Positions 52,150 to 61,644 of a stretch of 64,000 nucleotides of DNA are shown here, one piece after another (within the stretch, counting starts at the first letter, position 1; each line of letters opens with the position of its first letter). The stretch is from the sequence record KU726251.1. One strand, given 5' to 3'. The translations under genes were made by a program, and so were the position numbers. The notes under the pieces were generated by a model. The model was not told the origin of the DNA. It did not search any database and worked only from the letters and a program-made list of their open reading frames with translations.

Positions 52150-52947
52150 ATGTCTTTTACTTCAAAACAGAATCTGCTAAAACTCATCAACGAAGAGAAT
52201 AAGATAAGCCCACCGCTTACCTTTGACGATGTTGATATCGGACTGCCGGAGGTTGTGTCAGTAGACGGTCGTGATTCGGAGGTGGTACTAACCTCGAAAA
52301 TGCGCGGTGATGAAGGTACGCAAGTGATTGTGGACTATCATCGTCGTCCATTAGAGGACTACCTTACAGGCGATGTTGCCTTTGGCGATGAAGATGTGCA
52401 TACCACGCACGACTTACTCGCGGCGATTAACGAGCGTTTTAATCTGTCTATCTTACCTGAGGATATCGAAGATAACCCCATTGATGGACAGACTCACACA
52501 GTCGTTGCTGTTGAAACTTCCCACGAGTGGCGAAGTCAAGCGGTCATCGAGCTGAAACCTGCTACACCTCTGGCAGAAGTAATAACCAATACAGAGTTGA
52601 GCGGTCTTCTGTACCCGGATCACCAGGACATCCAGTTGGGTCAGGCGTATATCTATTCGCGCGACATCGATTGTAGCCACATCTCTCGTTTCCTGAGCCT
52701 CTTAGCGGTCGGTATCGAGGTAGATGACACGGCGTTAGCAATCGAACTCAACAAATGTGTTCCTGAGATTTGGGTGGCTGAAGATACCCCATCCCCGTAT
52801 AACTTGCGTGGTGCTACTGTCGTATTCGACGGCGTACCTGCAGACTTACCGGGAGCAAATACGGCGTTCGCGAAAGTCGTGTCAGTGCAACTGACCGATA
52901 AATGTACGAACTTCCAGGGCAGCCTCAACTTACACTTTAACAACTAG
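52150..52947 (+). CDS. Tail/baseplate paralogue (A+C domains) 1, 265 aa
   Basis: SKQNLLKLINEEN...YHRRPL...RFNLSILPEDI...LSGLLYP...YSRDIDC...GSLNLHFN. Confidence 0.75.
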   Translation: MSFTSKQNLLKLINEENKISPPLTFDDVDIGLPEVVSVDGRDSEVVLTSKMRGDEGTQVIVDYHRRPLEDYLTGDVAFGDEDVHTTHDLLAAINERFNLSILPEDIEDNPIDGQTHTVVAVETSHEWRSQAVIELKPATPLAEVITNTELSGLLYPDHQDIQLGQAYIYSRDIDCSHISRFLSLLAVGIEVDDTALAIELNKCVPEIWVAEDTPSPYNLRGATVVFDGVPADLPGANTAFAKVVSVQLTDKCTNFQGSLNLHFNN

Positions 52948-52957
52948 GAGGGTATAG

Positions 52958-53800
52958 GTGTCTATTTACGATAAGCCCTCGAAAGAGATGTTGTTAGATG
53001 CTATTAACCGACAGAACGGATTAACGGCCAATCCACTCACATGGGAGCAGGTTGCAACTGGCTTCCCTGAGTCTGTCCAAACGCCTGGCGCTGACCGGAA
53101 TACACGTGTGCTCTTATACGGGTTGAACGGCAAGGGCTACAAAGGCAACGTTACGCTCGAATACGACCGTATCGAAATGGAAATTCTGTTCAGGAACGTA
53201 ATACCGGTAGTCGTTGCCGACCCGGTAAATAAACTCTCTGAGTTGTTGCCGTTTCTGAATGCGAAATACGGCTTGTCTTTAGTTGCCGATGATATCGTTG
53301 ACCAGTCAGTAAAAGATTTGGGAGAAAGCTGGTTAATCGATGTGACTATTAAGCCCGGTTGCTTGGCCTGGCAAGGTGGTTTCCGTTTACGCTTTGCGAA
53401 GTTCTTCCCGAACTTGGCGGATGTGGTGGCGGATGTTGACCTCAGCGCAATAATCGCACCGTTCGTGGTTGCTAGTAAACCACAGGCCGAGTATGTGGCG
53501 TATGGTTACGATTGGACTGAACTGCAAAAACAGTTCACTACCGATTGGGTTTACAACCGTGCAATCACTGCAGCGGATGTTGAGTTGTTGAATGAAGTGG
53601 TGCCATTAAAGTTTGCATATGTGACGGGGGCGAATGCGCAACCTGAACAAATTGCACTCCAAGGTGCACGATTTATGGGGATAACTTCAGTCACACCGAA
53701 CGATAGTTACAACCCCGATTATCAGCGTGTGGCGATTATCAAGCTAGCTGCGGACAGCAACTACGCCGGTAATCTCATCCTTCATTATCTCCCGATATAA
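52958..53800 (+). CDS. Tail/baseplate paralogue (A+C) 2, 280 aa
   Basis: Same motif series, ends GNLILHYLPI. Confidence 0.75.
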   Translation: MSIYDKPSKEMLLDAINRQNGLTANPLTWEQVATGFPESVQTPGADRNTRVLLYGLNGKGYKGNVTLEYDRIEMEILFRNVIPVVVADPVNKLSELLPFLNAKYGLSLVADDIVDQSVKDLGESWLIDVTIKPGCLAWQGGFRLRFAKFFPNLADVVADVDLSAIIAPFVVASKPQAEYVAYGYDWTELQKQFTTDWVYNRAITAADVELLNEVVPLKFAYVTGANAQPEQIALQGARFMGITSVTPNDSYNPDYQRVAIIKLAADSNYAGNLILHYLPI

Positions 53801-53810
53801 GGATTTTGAC

Positions 53811-54656
53811 ATGCCACTTTTAGCCACAGCTGAAAAGATTATTATCGCGGAAGTTAACGTCGAAAACAATCTCGATTTAAAAGTCGAGGATGTTGTTTTT
53901 GGTGTCCCTGCGATTCCAACGTCTGACGAAGACTTGGCAAAAGCTAACGGTCACAACGCGATGGTGCGCATTCAGGCATTGGCCACGGCTAATGCTATCG
54001 GTGCCACTACCGTGTATTACGATCGTGTTGACTTCGCAGACATGTTTACCGATCCGGACGGGATTCAACCTTTACGTGTTCCTGCGCGTCTCGATGCTGT
54101 TTACCAGATGCATGACGTGGTCGGGTTAATTAACCAGTATTACGGTCTCAGCCTTAAACCTGCAGATGTGTTGAATACCGAAATCGACAGGAAGACATGG
54201 CGTGTGGATCTGATTGCCACGCCCACTTCCTTAGGTTGGATAGGGCAACAACAGGTACAGCTGTTACCAGGCGATGCCTTGCTTCCTGCAAACTTCGAAC
54301 CGTTAACAGTGACACCTTACGAGTATCCGTATTTCAACATCAAGGTCGGTCAAGGTGCAGTTTATTCGTATCCCTGGCGCTTTGATAATTTCGCGGAGGA
54401 ATTTCAACGGCTAGGTGCTGCGATAACCACAGAACGTCTGGCACAGATTCTCAAAACGGTCACCGGTGATAACTGGACAACGTACCGTAACCCTATCGAC
54501 TTTAACCTTCGTGAAGCCGTCGTCGTCTATAACGGGCGTAACAAAGCGGAATTACCAACCAACCCAGCAGTCGACAACGTGCTGATTGTGGAGCTGTCGT
54601 TGTACTGTCTGAATTTTGGCGGGCGTTTGTATTTGCATTACAACGACCCTGATTAA
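53811..54656 (+). CDS. Tail/baseplate paralogue (A+C) 3, 281 aa
   Basis: Same series, ends GRLYLHYNDPD. Confidence 0.75.
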   Translation: MPLLATAEKIIIAEVNVENNLDLKVEDVVFGVPAIPTSDEDLAKANGHNAMVRIQALATANAIGATTVYYDRVDFADMFTDPDGIQPLRVPARLDAVYQMHDVVGLINQYYGLSLKPADVLNTEIDRKTWRVDLIATPTSLGWIGQQQVQLLPGDALLPANFEPLTVTPYEYPYFNIKVGQGAVYSYPWRFDNFAEEFQRLGAAITTERLAQILKTVTGDNWTTYRNPIDFNLREAVVVYNGRNKAELPTNPAVDNVLIVELSLYCLNFGGRLYLHYNDPD

Positions 54657-54677
54657 TCCTGAGTAAAGGAAGTAAGA

Positions 54678-55589
54678 ATGAAACCTTTAAACAAAACGTC
54701 CGATCAGCTGGTTCTGGATTTTATTAATGAGAAAAACCCAGACGCAGAACTGGAACTTTCTAAAATAACGCTCGGCACACCGACCCCTATTGTCGACGAA
54801 GGTGCCGATCGCAATACCAGCATGACCCTGACTGCGAAAAAGAACTCCGGGTACATCGGTACTCAGGACGTGACTTATAATCGCCTGGAAGGCGGTGCGC
54901 TGTTCCGTAATGTAACCGCATACCTCGACGTTAAACTGCCGAAAACCACCACCGACCTGCTGACGACCCTGAACACCCAATACGGATTGAAGCTGACCGA
55001 AGACGATATCGTTCCGGCGGCTATTCCGGAAAATACCAACCCGCCGCTGACTAACCCGAACGATCCGGACCCAGCACCGGTTGACCATGTCATTACCTTC
55101 AAAGAAGACTGCTACGCTTATCTGGGCAGCATCCCGGTTAAAATCGGTGCTAAGCCTCAGGTTGGTGAACGTCTGAGTCTGGTGGTAACACAAACCAAGC
55201 TCGACGGCCTGGTTTACCCAGATGGTCCAAGCGAAGCGAAGGGTCAGGGTTACATCTACTCTTACGGTGTAGACTGCACAGCAATCGCAGCATTCCTGAA
55301 AGTACAGACGAAAGGTGTTATCGCTGGCGACTCTGCATTCCCGGTTGAGCTGAATAAAGTTGTGCCGGAACTGTGGGTTGCATCTGATGAGCCTGCGGAT
55401 TATAACCTGAAAGGTGCTAACGTGTTGTACGTTGGTTCTACTGCTGACGACGGCACCGCTTCAGGCGACGATCCTAAGAAACCGGTTGAAGGTGCAAACA
55501 CTGCTTACAACCAGGTTCTGCTGCTGCAGCTGGATGACACTCTGTGCACCAACTTCCAGGGCGTCATGTACCTGCACTTTAATGCCTAA
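54678..55589 (+). CDS. Tail/baseplate paralogue (A+C) 4, 303 aa, codon-optimised
   Basis: Same series, ends GVMYLHFNA; followed by hairpin 55603-55622. Confidence 0.78.
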   Translation: MKPLNKTSDQLVLDFINEKNPDAELELSKITLGTPTPIVDEGADRNTSMTLTAKKNSGYIGTQDVTYNRLEGGALFRNVTAYLDVKLPKTTTDLLTTLNTQYGLKLTEDDIVPAAIPENTNPPLTNPNDPDPAPVDHVITFKEDCYAYLGSIPVKIGAKPQVGERLSLVVTQTKLDGLVYPDGPSEAKGQGYIYSYGVDCTAIAAFLKVQTKGVIAGDSAFPVELNKVVPELWVASDEPADYNLKGANVLYVGSTADDGTASGDDPKKPVEGANTAYNQVLLLQLDDTLCTNFQGVMYLHFNA

Positions 55590-55658
55590 TTAGGCCTCGC
55601 TGGGAGGAGGAAATCCTCCTCCTGGCTACTCCTTTCTTTTTTGGCCGAGGAGGCTATT

Positions 55659-56498
55659 ATGGCTTTATATAGTCTGTCTCAGCGACAATATCTGTACGAT
55701 GCGATTAATGCCGAAAACCCGGATGCTGTTCTACCGATGGGTTTAGACAATGCTATCATCGGTACGCCGAAAGCAATCACACCGACAGCAAGCGGTGCCA
55801 ATACTGAGATTATCATTCGTGGTCGTCAAGGTCGTGGCTATATCGGTCCTCAGACGTTCCGTTATAAGCGCTTGTCGCTGAACGACTTATTTAAGAACAT
55901 GACACCTCAGGTAACTGCACCGAATGCCTACGGTTGGTTGAACGTGGAGTCGAAACGTACTGCGTTTGCGCAGAACCTGAACGGTCGTTATGGATTAAAC
56001 CTGGTTGCAGATGATATCCCAGAACAATACGTTTATCTGAACGTAAACAACACGATGCGTATTAACGCTAGCTGTATCCAATACACTGGCAGCATCACCT
56101 TTATGTCTATCCGGGGTAAGAATAGTCTCGAAGACCTCGTGGTAAACGACATCTTGTCGGCTTTGAACCACCCTGCAGCAGCAAGCACTGGTAAGAAATA
56201 CATGGGCTTCTTGACGTACGGGGAAGACTTTACTGATGAAGTGCAGGTTATGGCCTCGTTTAAGAACGGGCGAATGGACGTAGGAAGTAACTTTGATTTG
56301 GGTTACACGTCCAATCTGATGGCCACATTGGTCGCACGTGGGGTACCGTCGTTTGATCCGACGAACTGCACAATTACCCGCTACAAAACGAGTGAGTTGG
56401 CGACCGCCAATAAAGCGTACGATAACGTATTGCTGATTACCGGCATTCAGAACGACCCGAAAGTAATCGGCGAGTGTATGTTGCACTACAACAACTAG
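55659..56498 (+). CDS. Tail/baseplate paralogue (A+C) 5, 279 aa
   Basis: Same series, ends GECMLHYNN. Confidence 0.75.
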   Translation: MALYSLSQRQYLYDAINAENPDAVLPMGLDNAIIGTPKAITPTASGANTEIIIRGRQGRGYIGPQTFRYKRLSLNDLFKNMTPQVTAPNAYGWLNVESKRTAFAQNLNGRYGLNLVADDIPEQYVYLNVNNTMRINASCIQYTGSITFMSIRGKNSLEDLVVNDILSALNHPAAASTGKKYMGFLTYGEDFTDEVQVMASFKNGRMDVGSNFDLGYTSNLMATLVARGVPSFDPTNCTITRYKTSELATANKAYDNVLLITGIQNDPKVIGECMLHYNN

Positions 56499-56508
56499 GA
56501 ATTAGCGA

Positions 56509-57396
56509 ATGGCTATTTATCAACCTTCTAAAGACGTCCTGTTGGCAGCAGTGAACGCACAGAACTCGCTTGCTGTTAAGATGACTGACATCATCTGGTC
56601 CACGCCAAAGGACATCCGTGGTACGGAGAAGGAAACGCTGACTAACCGTAACACGCAAATTAAAATTACGGCAGATGGGGTAACGGGCTCTACCTGGTCG
56701 GGTAAGAAAAATGTCTTCTACAATCGCATGAAAGTCGAAGACTTGTTAGTGTTGATTGGTGACACGTTGGCGATCGGCCCATCCAACGAAACCTTGTATG
56801 CGGCCATTCCTGGACTGAACCAACGTTACGGTTTTGTTCTGGAAGAAGCTGACCTGCAGGACGCAGATATCGAGTGGAACGGTGATAAGACTGAAGGAAC
56901 TGTGCGTGTTGTTGCACATCCTGAGTCTATCGGTTGGGTTGGACAGGCGACATTTAAAGTCGTGAAAGGCGATGAGTCGTTAGTCTCTGCAGTCACTACT
57001 AACGTCCTGACCGGTCTGAAATACCCGAACGGTCAGATGGGTTCCGAAACCGTTACTGCGGTCATTGCAGAGGTTTATTCCTACCCGTACAACTTCACTA
57101 AGTACCGAGATGCTCTGCTGGCATACAAGCCGGGTATTCTGTCTGGACAGCCGTTAACGGATATGGTTAACCTGCTGAAAGATATCACGGGTACTGCATG
57201 GGTAGCGACCACTTCCGCTTCCTACGGTTTGGCGGGCGCGGAGGTTATCAGCGTTGGTCTGAATGACCCTGTTGCAATGCCGACAAACGCGAAGTACAAG
57301 TATGCGCTGGTGTTGAAACTGCCTGTTACCTGTACCACCATCGTCGGAACGTTGTATCTCCAGTTCAACGATCTGGACGATCCAAGCGAGGTATAA
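56509..57396 (+). CDS. Tail/baseplate paralogue (A+C) 6, 295 aa
   Basis: Same series, GTLYLQFND. Confidence 0.75.
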   Translation: MAIYQPSKDVLLAAVNAQNSLAVKMTDIIWSTPKDIRGTEKETLTNRNTQIKITADGVTGSTWSGKKNVFYNRMKVEDLLVLIGDTLAIGPSNETLYAAIPGLNQRYGFVLEEADLQDADIEWNGDKTEGTVRVVAHPESIGWVGQATFKVVKGDESLVSAVTTNVLTGLKYPNGQMGSETVTAVIAEVYSYPYNFTKYRDALLAYKPGILSGQPLTDMVNLLKDITGTAWVATTSASYGLAGAEVISVGLNDPVAMPTNAKYKYALVLKLPVTCTTIVGTLYLQFNDLDDPSEV

Positions 57397-57399
57397 TTG

Positions 57400-58227
57400 A
57401 TGATCAACTATGCTAAGCCGTCAAACGAGTTGGTCTTTGACCTCATTAACCGGGATAACCCAAACCTGCCTATTAAAGCGTCGCCGGCAAACTGCTACGT
57501 GGAGAAAGTGACACAGGTTCCCGTTAATGCAGCTTCCAACAACCGCAATACGTCGGCACGCTTGCGCGGTATTCAGGGTTCTGGATTTCGAGACGCAATC
57601 ACCGTTTACTACGACCGTGTGAACTTAGCGCGGTTATTGCCGTGGGGTCCTTCTGTCCAGGCGCAGTTCGTCACGTTTGACGCGCCCAACCTCCACTCAG
57701 CCTTTTCGGTGCTCTTGGATACTTACGGAGTAAACTTCTCTGCAATCGATATCTATAACCTCCCACTGGCGGGTCCCAATACCCCAAATTACAGCAATAC
57801 ACAGAACATCGTAGCGCTATCGACATCTCCGGCTTATATCGGTTCTGCGACGTTGCGTTATAACCGTGGTTTACCGGTACTAGACACTTCGGTGAAATCG
57901 GATGTCTTGAATGCGATTCAAGAGCCTATTTCACCGTCTCTCGGTAAGAAGTGTATTGATTTGTTGACGTACGGTATTGACTTTACCGCGTATAAAAACC
58001 TACTGACAGTAGATGCTTCTGGCCTACCGCAGTGGGCTGGTTTGCGTAAGGTGTTGGATGACCTGGGTATTCCGAACTACGCGGGGCCACTGAACAGTAA
58101 CACCGTTCAGGATGTGCCGACATCCACCGCTCAGTTCGCTAACAAATCGTACGACCGCGTGGTTATCCAAACGGGTATCGATGAGGAAGGCGTGAAAGGC
58201 GTGGCGTACTACCACTATAACAGCTAA
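57400..58227 (+). CDS. Tail/baseplate paralogue (A+C) 7, 275 aa
   Basis: Same series, GVAYYHYNS. Confidence 0.75.
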   Translation: MINYAKPSNELVFDLINRDNPNLPIKASPANCYVEKVTQVPVNAASNNRNTSARLRGIQGSGFRDAITVYYDRVNLARLLPWGPSVQAQFVTFDAPNLHSAFSVLLDTYGVNFSAIDIYNLPLAGPNTPNYSNTQNIVALSTSPAYIGSATLRYNRGLPVLDTSVKSDVLNAIQEPISPSLGKKCIDLLTYGIDFTAYKNLLTVDASGLPQWAGLRKVLDDLGIPNYAGPLNSNTVQDVPTSTAQFANKSYDRVVIQTGIDEEGVKGVAYYHYNS

Positions 58228-58231
58228 GTGT

Positions 58232-58258
58232 AGGGGCTCTTCGGAGCCCCCCTCTTTT
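58232..58258 (+). terminator. Intrinsic terminator separating the two sub-arrays
   Basis: GGGGCTC-ttcg-GAGCCCC. Confidence 0.65.
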
Positions 58259-58275
58259 GGCGATGCGGAGTCCCT

Positions 58276-59688
58276 ATGCTATTTTACTCGAAGGAGTCGG
58301 CACTGCTTGTATACGACCAAGTCAATCGGGATAACCCTGATTTAGTTGTTAAGCTGACGCCGGCTATCGCTGCTTTAACCAGTGGCCCAACTTCAGTTAC
58401 GTTAAACCAACGTAACACCAAAGCTGTTTTCACCGGGTATCCAGGGACAGGTGTACAAGGTAATGTTACCGTGTACTACGACCGGATTAACCTGGCCACT
58501 TTATTTAATTTTGTGCCGACTGTGGCTATCAAAGATACAGTCTTAACGGTACGAGACGCGCTACCTGCAATAAACGACGCATTGGGGCTTACATTAGTTG
58601 CTTCTGATTTGCAGTCACCTGACGCAAGTTTACCTAAACCGAGCGTTTCGCCGCAGACGTTGAAATTAAATATCTCAGGCAATTGCCCTGCGTTTACAGG
58701 CAGCTTAACGATACGTTATACCGTCCCGAGTGGTGCAATTTACCCCGATTCTGGACCTGGCCCTAAAACGTTGCTGCAAGGTAACACTATCGCGGGTTAT
58801 TTCGGAACAACCAGAACTGCAGAGTTGTTTACACACTCTCAACTTCTTAATGCCACTATATCGGCCGGTGCGTTACCACCGGTACATTCTGGTGCCGAAG
58901 GTTGGTACAAGTTCTTTTACCAGGGTAGGGTTATTTACCTCCCGATCAGTCCTGTCGCTAGCTCCATCTCCTGGAATACGTTATATACAAACGGACTCGT
59001 TTACGGAACAGATGATAATGGTAAATACCCTGCGGCGACGCCCGTTAACCAGGGACGCATCATTAGCTTTACAGGCGCAGACAACAAAAGGTTTTACTTC
59101 CGTGTTCGTCTACCTAGTGCCGGGAAAGACCCATACGTCAGCGGCACCCCAACTGCCGCTGAGTTAGCAGGTAGTGAGTTTGAGATGTTCAACTTTCTGT
59201 ATAATGGAACGTGGGACAAACCGATTAACAGTTACTGGACGCTGTTCTGTTTATTGAAAGATACACTGAAGACCAACGTCGCCTATCATCGCATGGCGAC
59301 GTTGTCTGGAGCAAGTTGGACAAACTTAGAAAAATCATCGAGTGCGGGCAACTACTACTGGTTCCCGGTGCTGGAGTTGGTGGATAAGTCCACAGTTACC
59401 TTGGGTTTAGAAGATATCCATGGTGCGGTAGATTACAGTCTCCAACCGTGCAGCGTGTCCGCAGAAAACACATTTAGTCTCAAGCCGTTAGTGCTCGGTA
59501 ATCCGGATACTACCGATTTCGAACCGGTAGTTGTTGCTTCAGAAAACAGTTTCGCACTGCATCCGCCTGCTTTAATGCTGCCGAAGACAGTCGACTTCCA
59601 ACCTATTGCGGCTACCGCTGAAATGTATACGCCCCCTGACAAGACAACGTTAACGTCTCTTAACGGTGAACTGGACGGCTTTAAGTAG
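58276..59688 (+). CDS. Tail-fibre-like protein (A + B domain + ELDGF tail), 470 aa
   Basis: N-terminal family A, GPGP..LLQG...GYFG domain B, ends NGELDGFK. Confidence 0.7.
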   Translation: MLFYSKESALLVYDQVNRDNPDLVVKLTPAIAALTSGPTSVTLNQRNTKAVFTGYPGTGVQGNVTVYYDRINLATLFNFVPTVAIKDTVLTVRDALPAINDALGLTLVASDLQSPDASLPKPSVSPQTLKLNISGNCPAFTGSLTIRYTVPSGAIYPDSGPGPKTLLQGNTIAGYFGTTRTAELFTHSQLLNATISAGALPPVHSGAEGWYKFFYQGRVIYLPISPVASSISWNTLYTNGLVYGTDDNGKYPAATPVNQGRIISFTGADNKRFYFRVRLPSAGKDPYVSGTPTAAELAGSEFEMFNFLYNGTWDKPINSYWTLFCLLKDTLKTNVAYHRMATLSGASWTNLEKSSSAGNYYWFPVLELVDKSTVTLGLEDIHGAVDYSLQPCSVSAENTFSLKPLVLGNPDTTDFEPVVVASENSFALHPPALMLPKTVDFQPIAATAEMYTPPDKTTLTSLNGELDGFK

Positions 59689-59699
59689 AGGTATCATCC

Positions 59700-60698
59700 A
59701 TGTCTTTTACTTTGCGTTGGAAAAATCCAAACGTAATCCCTACGGTAGTAAAAATCTACCGTGATGTTAAAGATATCACACCAAGCGCTTTGCCTGAACC
59801 GATTGCAACGCTCTCAAATGGCGAGACAGAATGGCGTGATACCACCGCCACACCAGGCGCAACCTATTATTACCTTCTGACGGTATCCGCCAACGGTAAA
59901 ACAGTGGCATCGTCTAGCCAGAAATATACTGTTGAGGTAAAACGCGGGATAGGCCCAATGACTATTCTAAACGGTAACGACCGTTTAGGGTTTATGGGTG
60001 AGGTTCCTTACGACGAACAATGGCTTCCGTCGCAAATGCCACCTGCATTTTTGGCGATGTTCCCTAATCTATTAACCGATCGCGTGGCGTTGTATAAATT
60101 TACCCGAAACGGGAAGATCTATTACATGCTATCTAACACGTCGCAGTTCCCGAATACGCCTGTGGACTGGGCTTCCCTCTATCAAGCTGGTTTAGTCTAT
60201 GGTACGGGCGATGCTGGCCCAGAGAACGGCCATGGAACGCTACCAGCCACTCCACAAGACGCTAAGATAGTCCACAAAGGGGATACGTACATTATGCGTC
60301 TTCCTCGCGGCCTGACGATGTCTAGCGAGCCTCCTGCGTATCCTTTCGTAGCTGACTATAATGGGAAAACCCATGATGAAATCGCTTCTCTAACCAACCC
60401 GTGTGAGTATAACGATTTACTTTACACGATGGTTAACGAGGTGCCGTGGAAACAGCGTTGGGCTAACTGGGCAACGAACAGTTATACTTTTCTGGGGCAG
60501 GGTACTTTGGGAACCTTGGCAGCGTATTTCGGCGGTGGTGTTCTCTGTATGGAACACGACACCGCGGAAGACCGTGTGCTCCATCGTGGTATCTTTAACA
60601 ATGCCGGTGGAACACCCGTATCAGCGATTCAGCGTATAAACTATTTATCACCCACCACGAAAGGGCGTTACTACCCTATCTTTGAACTGGTCGAGTAA
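59700..60698 (+). CDS. Tail-fibre-like protein (FN3-like + B domain), 332 aa
   Basis: FTLRWKN...KIYRD...EWRDTT..PGATYYY; GIGP...GFMGEV; ends PIFELVE. Confidence 0.7.
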   Translation: MSFTLRWKNPNVIPTVVKIYRDVKDITPSALPEPIATLSNGETEWRDTTATPGATYYYLLTVSANGKTVASSSQKYTVEVKRGIGPMTILNGNDRLGFMGEVPYDEQWLPSQMPPAFLAMFPNLLTDRVALYKFTRNGKIYYMLSNTSQFPNTPVDWASLYQAGLVYGTGDAGPENGHGTLPATPQDAKIVHKGDTYIMRLPRGLTMSSEPPAYPFVADYNGKTHDEIASLTNPCEYNDLLYTMVNEVPWKQRWANWATNSYTFLGQGTLGTLAAYFGGGVLCMEHDTAEDRVLHRGIFNNAGGTPVSAIQRINYLSPTTKGRYYPIFELVE

Positions 60699-60707
60699 GG
60701 GGCAGTC

Positions 60708-61631
60708 ATGACTATACGGTTAAGCTGGCCGTCCCAAGCCAGCAAAGGTCTTACCGCGATTGAAATCTACCGCAAGGAAGGTTGGAACGCAACAATCGAC
60801 GTTTACAATCCAGGCACACCCCACGCAACTTTATCAGGCAACGCGGTAGAGTTCGTAGATAATATCGATACCCTGACGAAGAATACAACCTATCGTTATT
60901 GGGTAGCTGCTGTGAAGGACAGTGAACGACTTATCGGCAATCCGATTACGCAAGGATTCTATCCGGACACCGGGCCGGGTCCGCAAACAATCCTGCGTGG
61001 TGACTGGGCTTCAGGTTATTTCGGTACAGTACCGAATACAGAGTTCTTTAATACTGCCGAGTTAAAACTCATGTTAACTGCGCAGCAGGGAAACATGTTT
61101 GTCTACGACCCTCAGGAATGGCACAAGTTTATTTTCCGTGGGAGAATTGTCTTCTTCCCAGCGACGATGCATTCGAAAACCAACTCGGTACAAATGGCGT
61201 ATCAGTACGGTATGATGTACGGGACCGATGATGACGGAAGTATTGTTCCGCTGGGAGCCACGGCGACCAAACAAGATTGTAAGGTCACGAAGGATGGTCG
61301 TACGTACCGTATCCGATTACCTTACGCAGTCCCGTACGACGCTGTTCTCTCAGGACAGGATTACAACAACGGTGAATGGCGAAACACAATGGGCCGTTTG
61401 TATCCTGTCGGTGCACAGTTCGCAGCCCTCGGTCTTGGTGCGATTGACTCACTTGCAAGACAAGGCGCGACTGCGCAGCCGAATGAGTCAGGTGCCGCTG
61501 TATTAGCTCCTTTGTGGAGCAACAACATATTCGCTTATGCGTATGGCACCGTGCCTATGGGGATTAGTAACACCGCAGGTGTCGGGAACTCGGCCACGAT
61601 ATTCTTTGCTTTTGAATTAGTCTTACCGTAA
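60708..61631 (+). CDS. Tail-fibre-like protein (FN3-like + B domain), 307 aa
   Basis: IRLSWP...EIYR...EFVD...TYRYWV; GPGP..ILRG...GYFG. Confidence 0.7.
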   Translation: MTIRLSWPSQASKGLTAIEIYRKEGWNATIDVYNPGTPHATLSGNAVEFVDNIDTLTKNTTYRYWVAAVKDSERLIGNPITQGFYPDTGPGPQTILRGDWASGYFGTVPNTEFFNTAELKLMLTAQQGNMFVYDPQEWHKFIFRGRIVFFPATMHSKTNSVQMAYQYGMMYGTDDDGSIVPLGATATKQDCKVTKDGRTYRIRLPYAVPYDAVLSGQDYNNGEWRNTMGRLYPVGAQFAALGLGAIDSLARQGATAQPNESGAAVLAPLWSNNIFAYAYGTVPMGISNTAGVGNSATIFFAFELVLP

Positions 61632-61644
61632 TGGAGTAAATACC

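Noticed and set aside
2431-58258. Many similar hairpins as a REP/CRISPR-like or mobile repeat family
   Set aside because: They are dispersed singly at gene ends, have different stems, and share only UUCG loops and U tracts. These are ordinary intrinsic terminators with no repeat-spacer periodicity.
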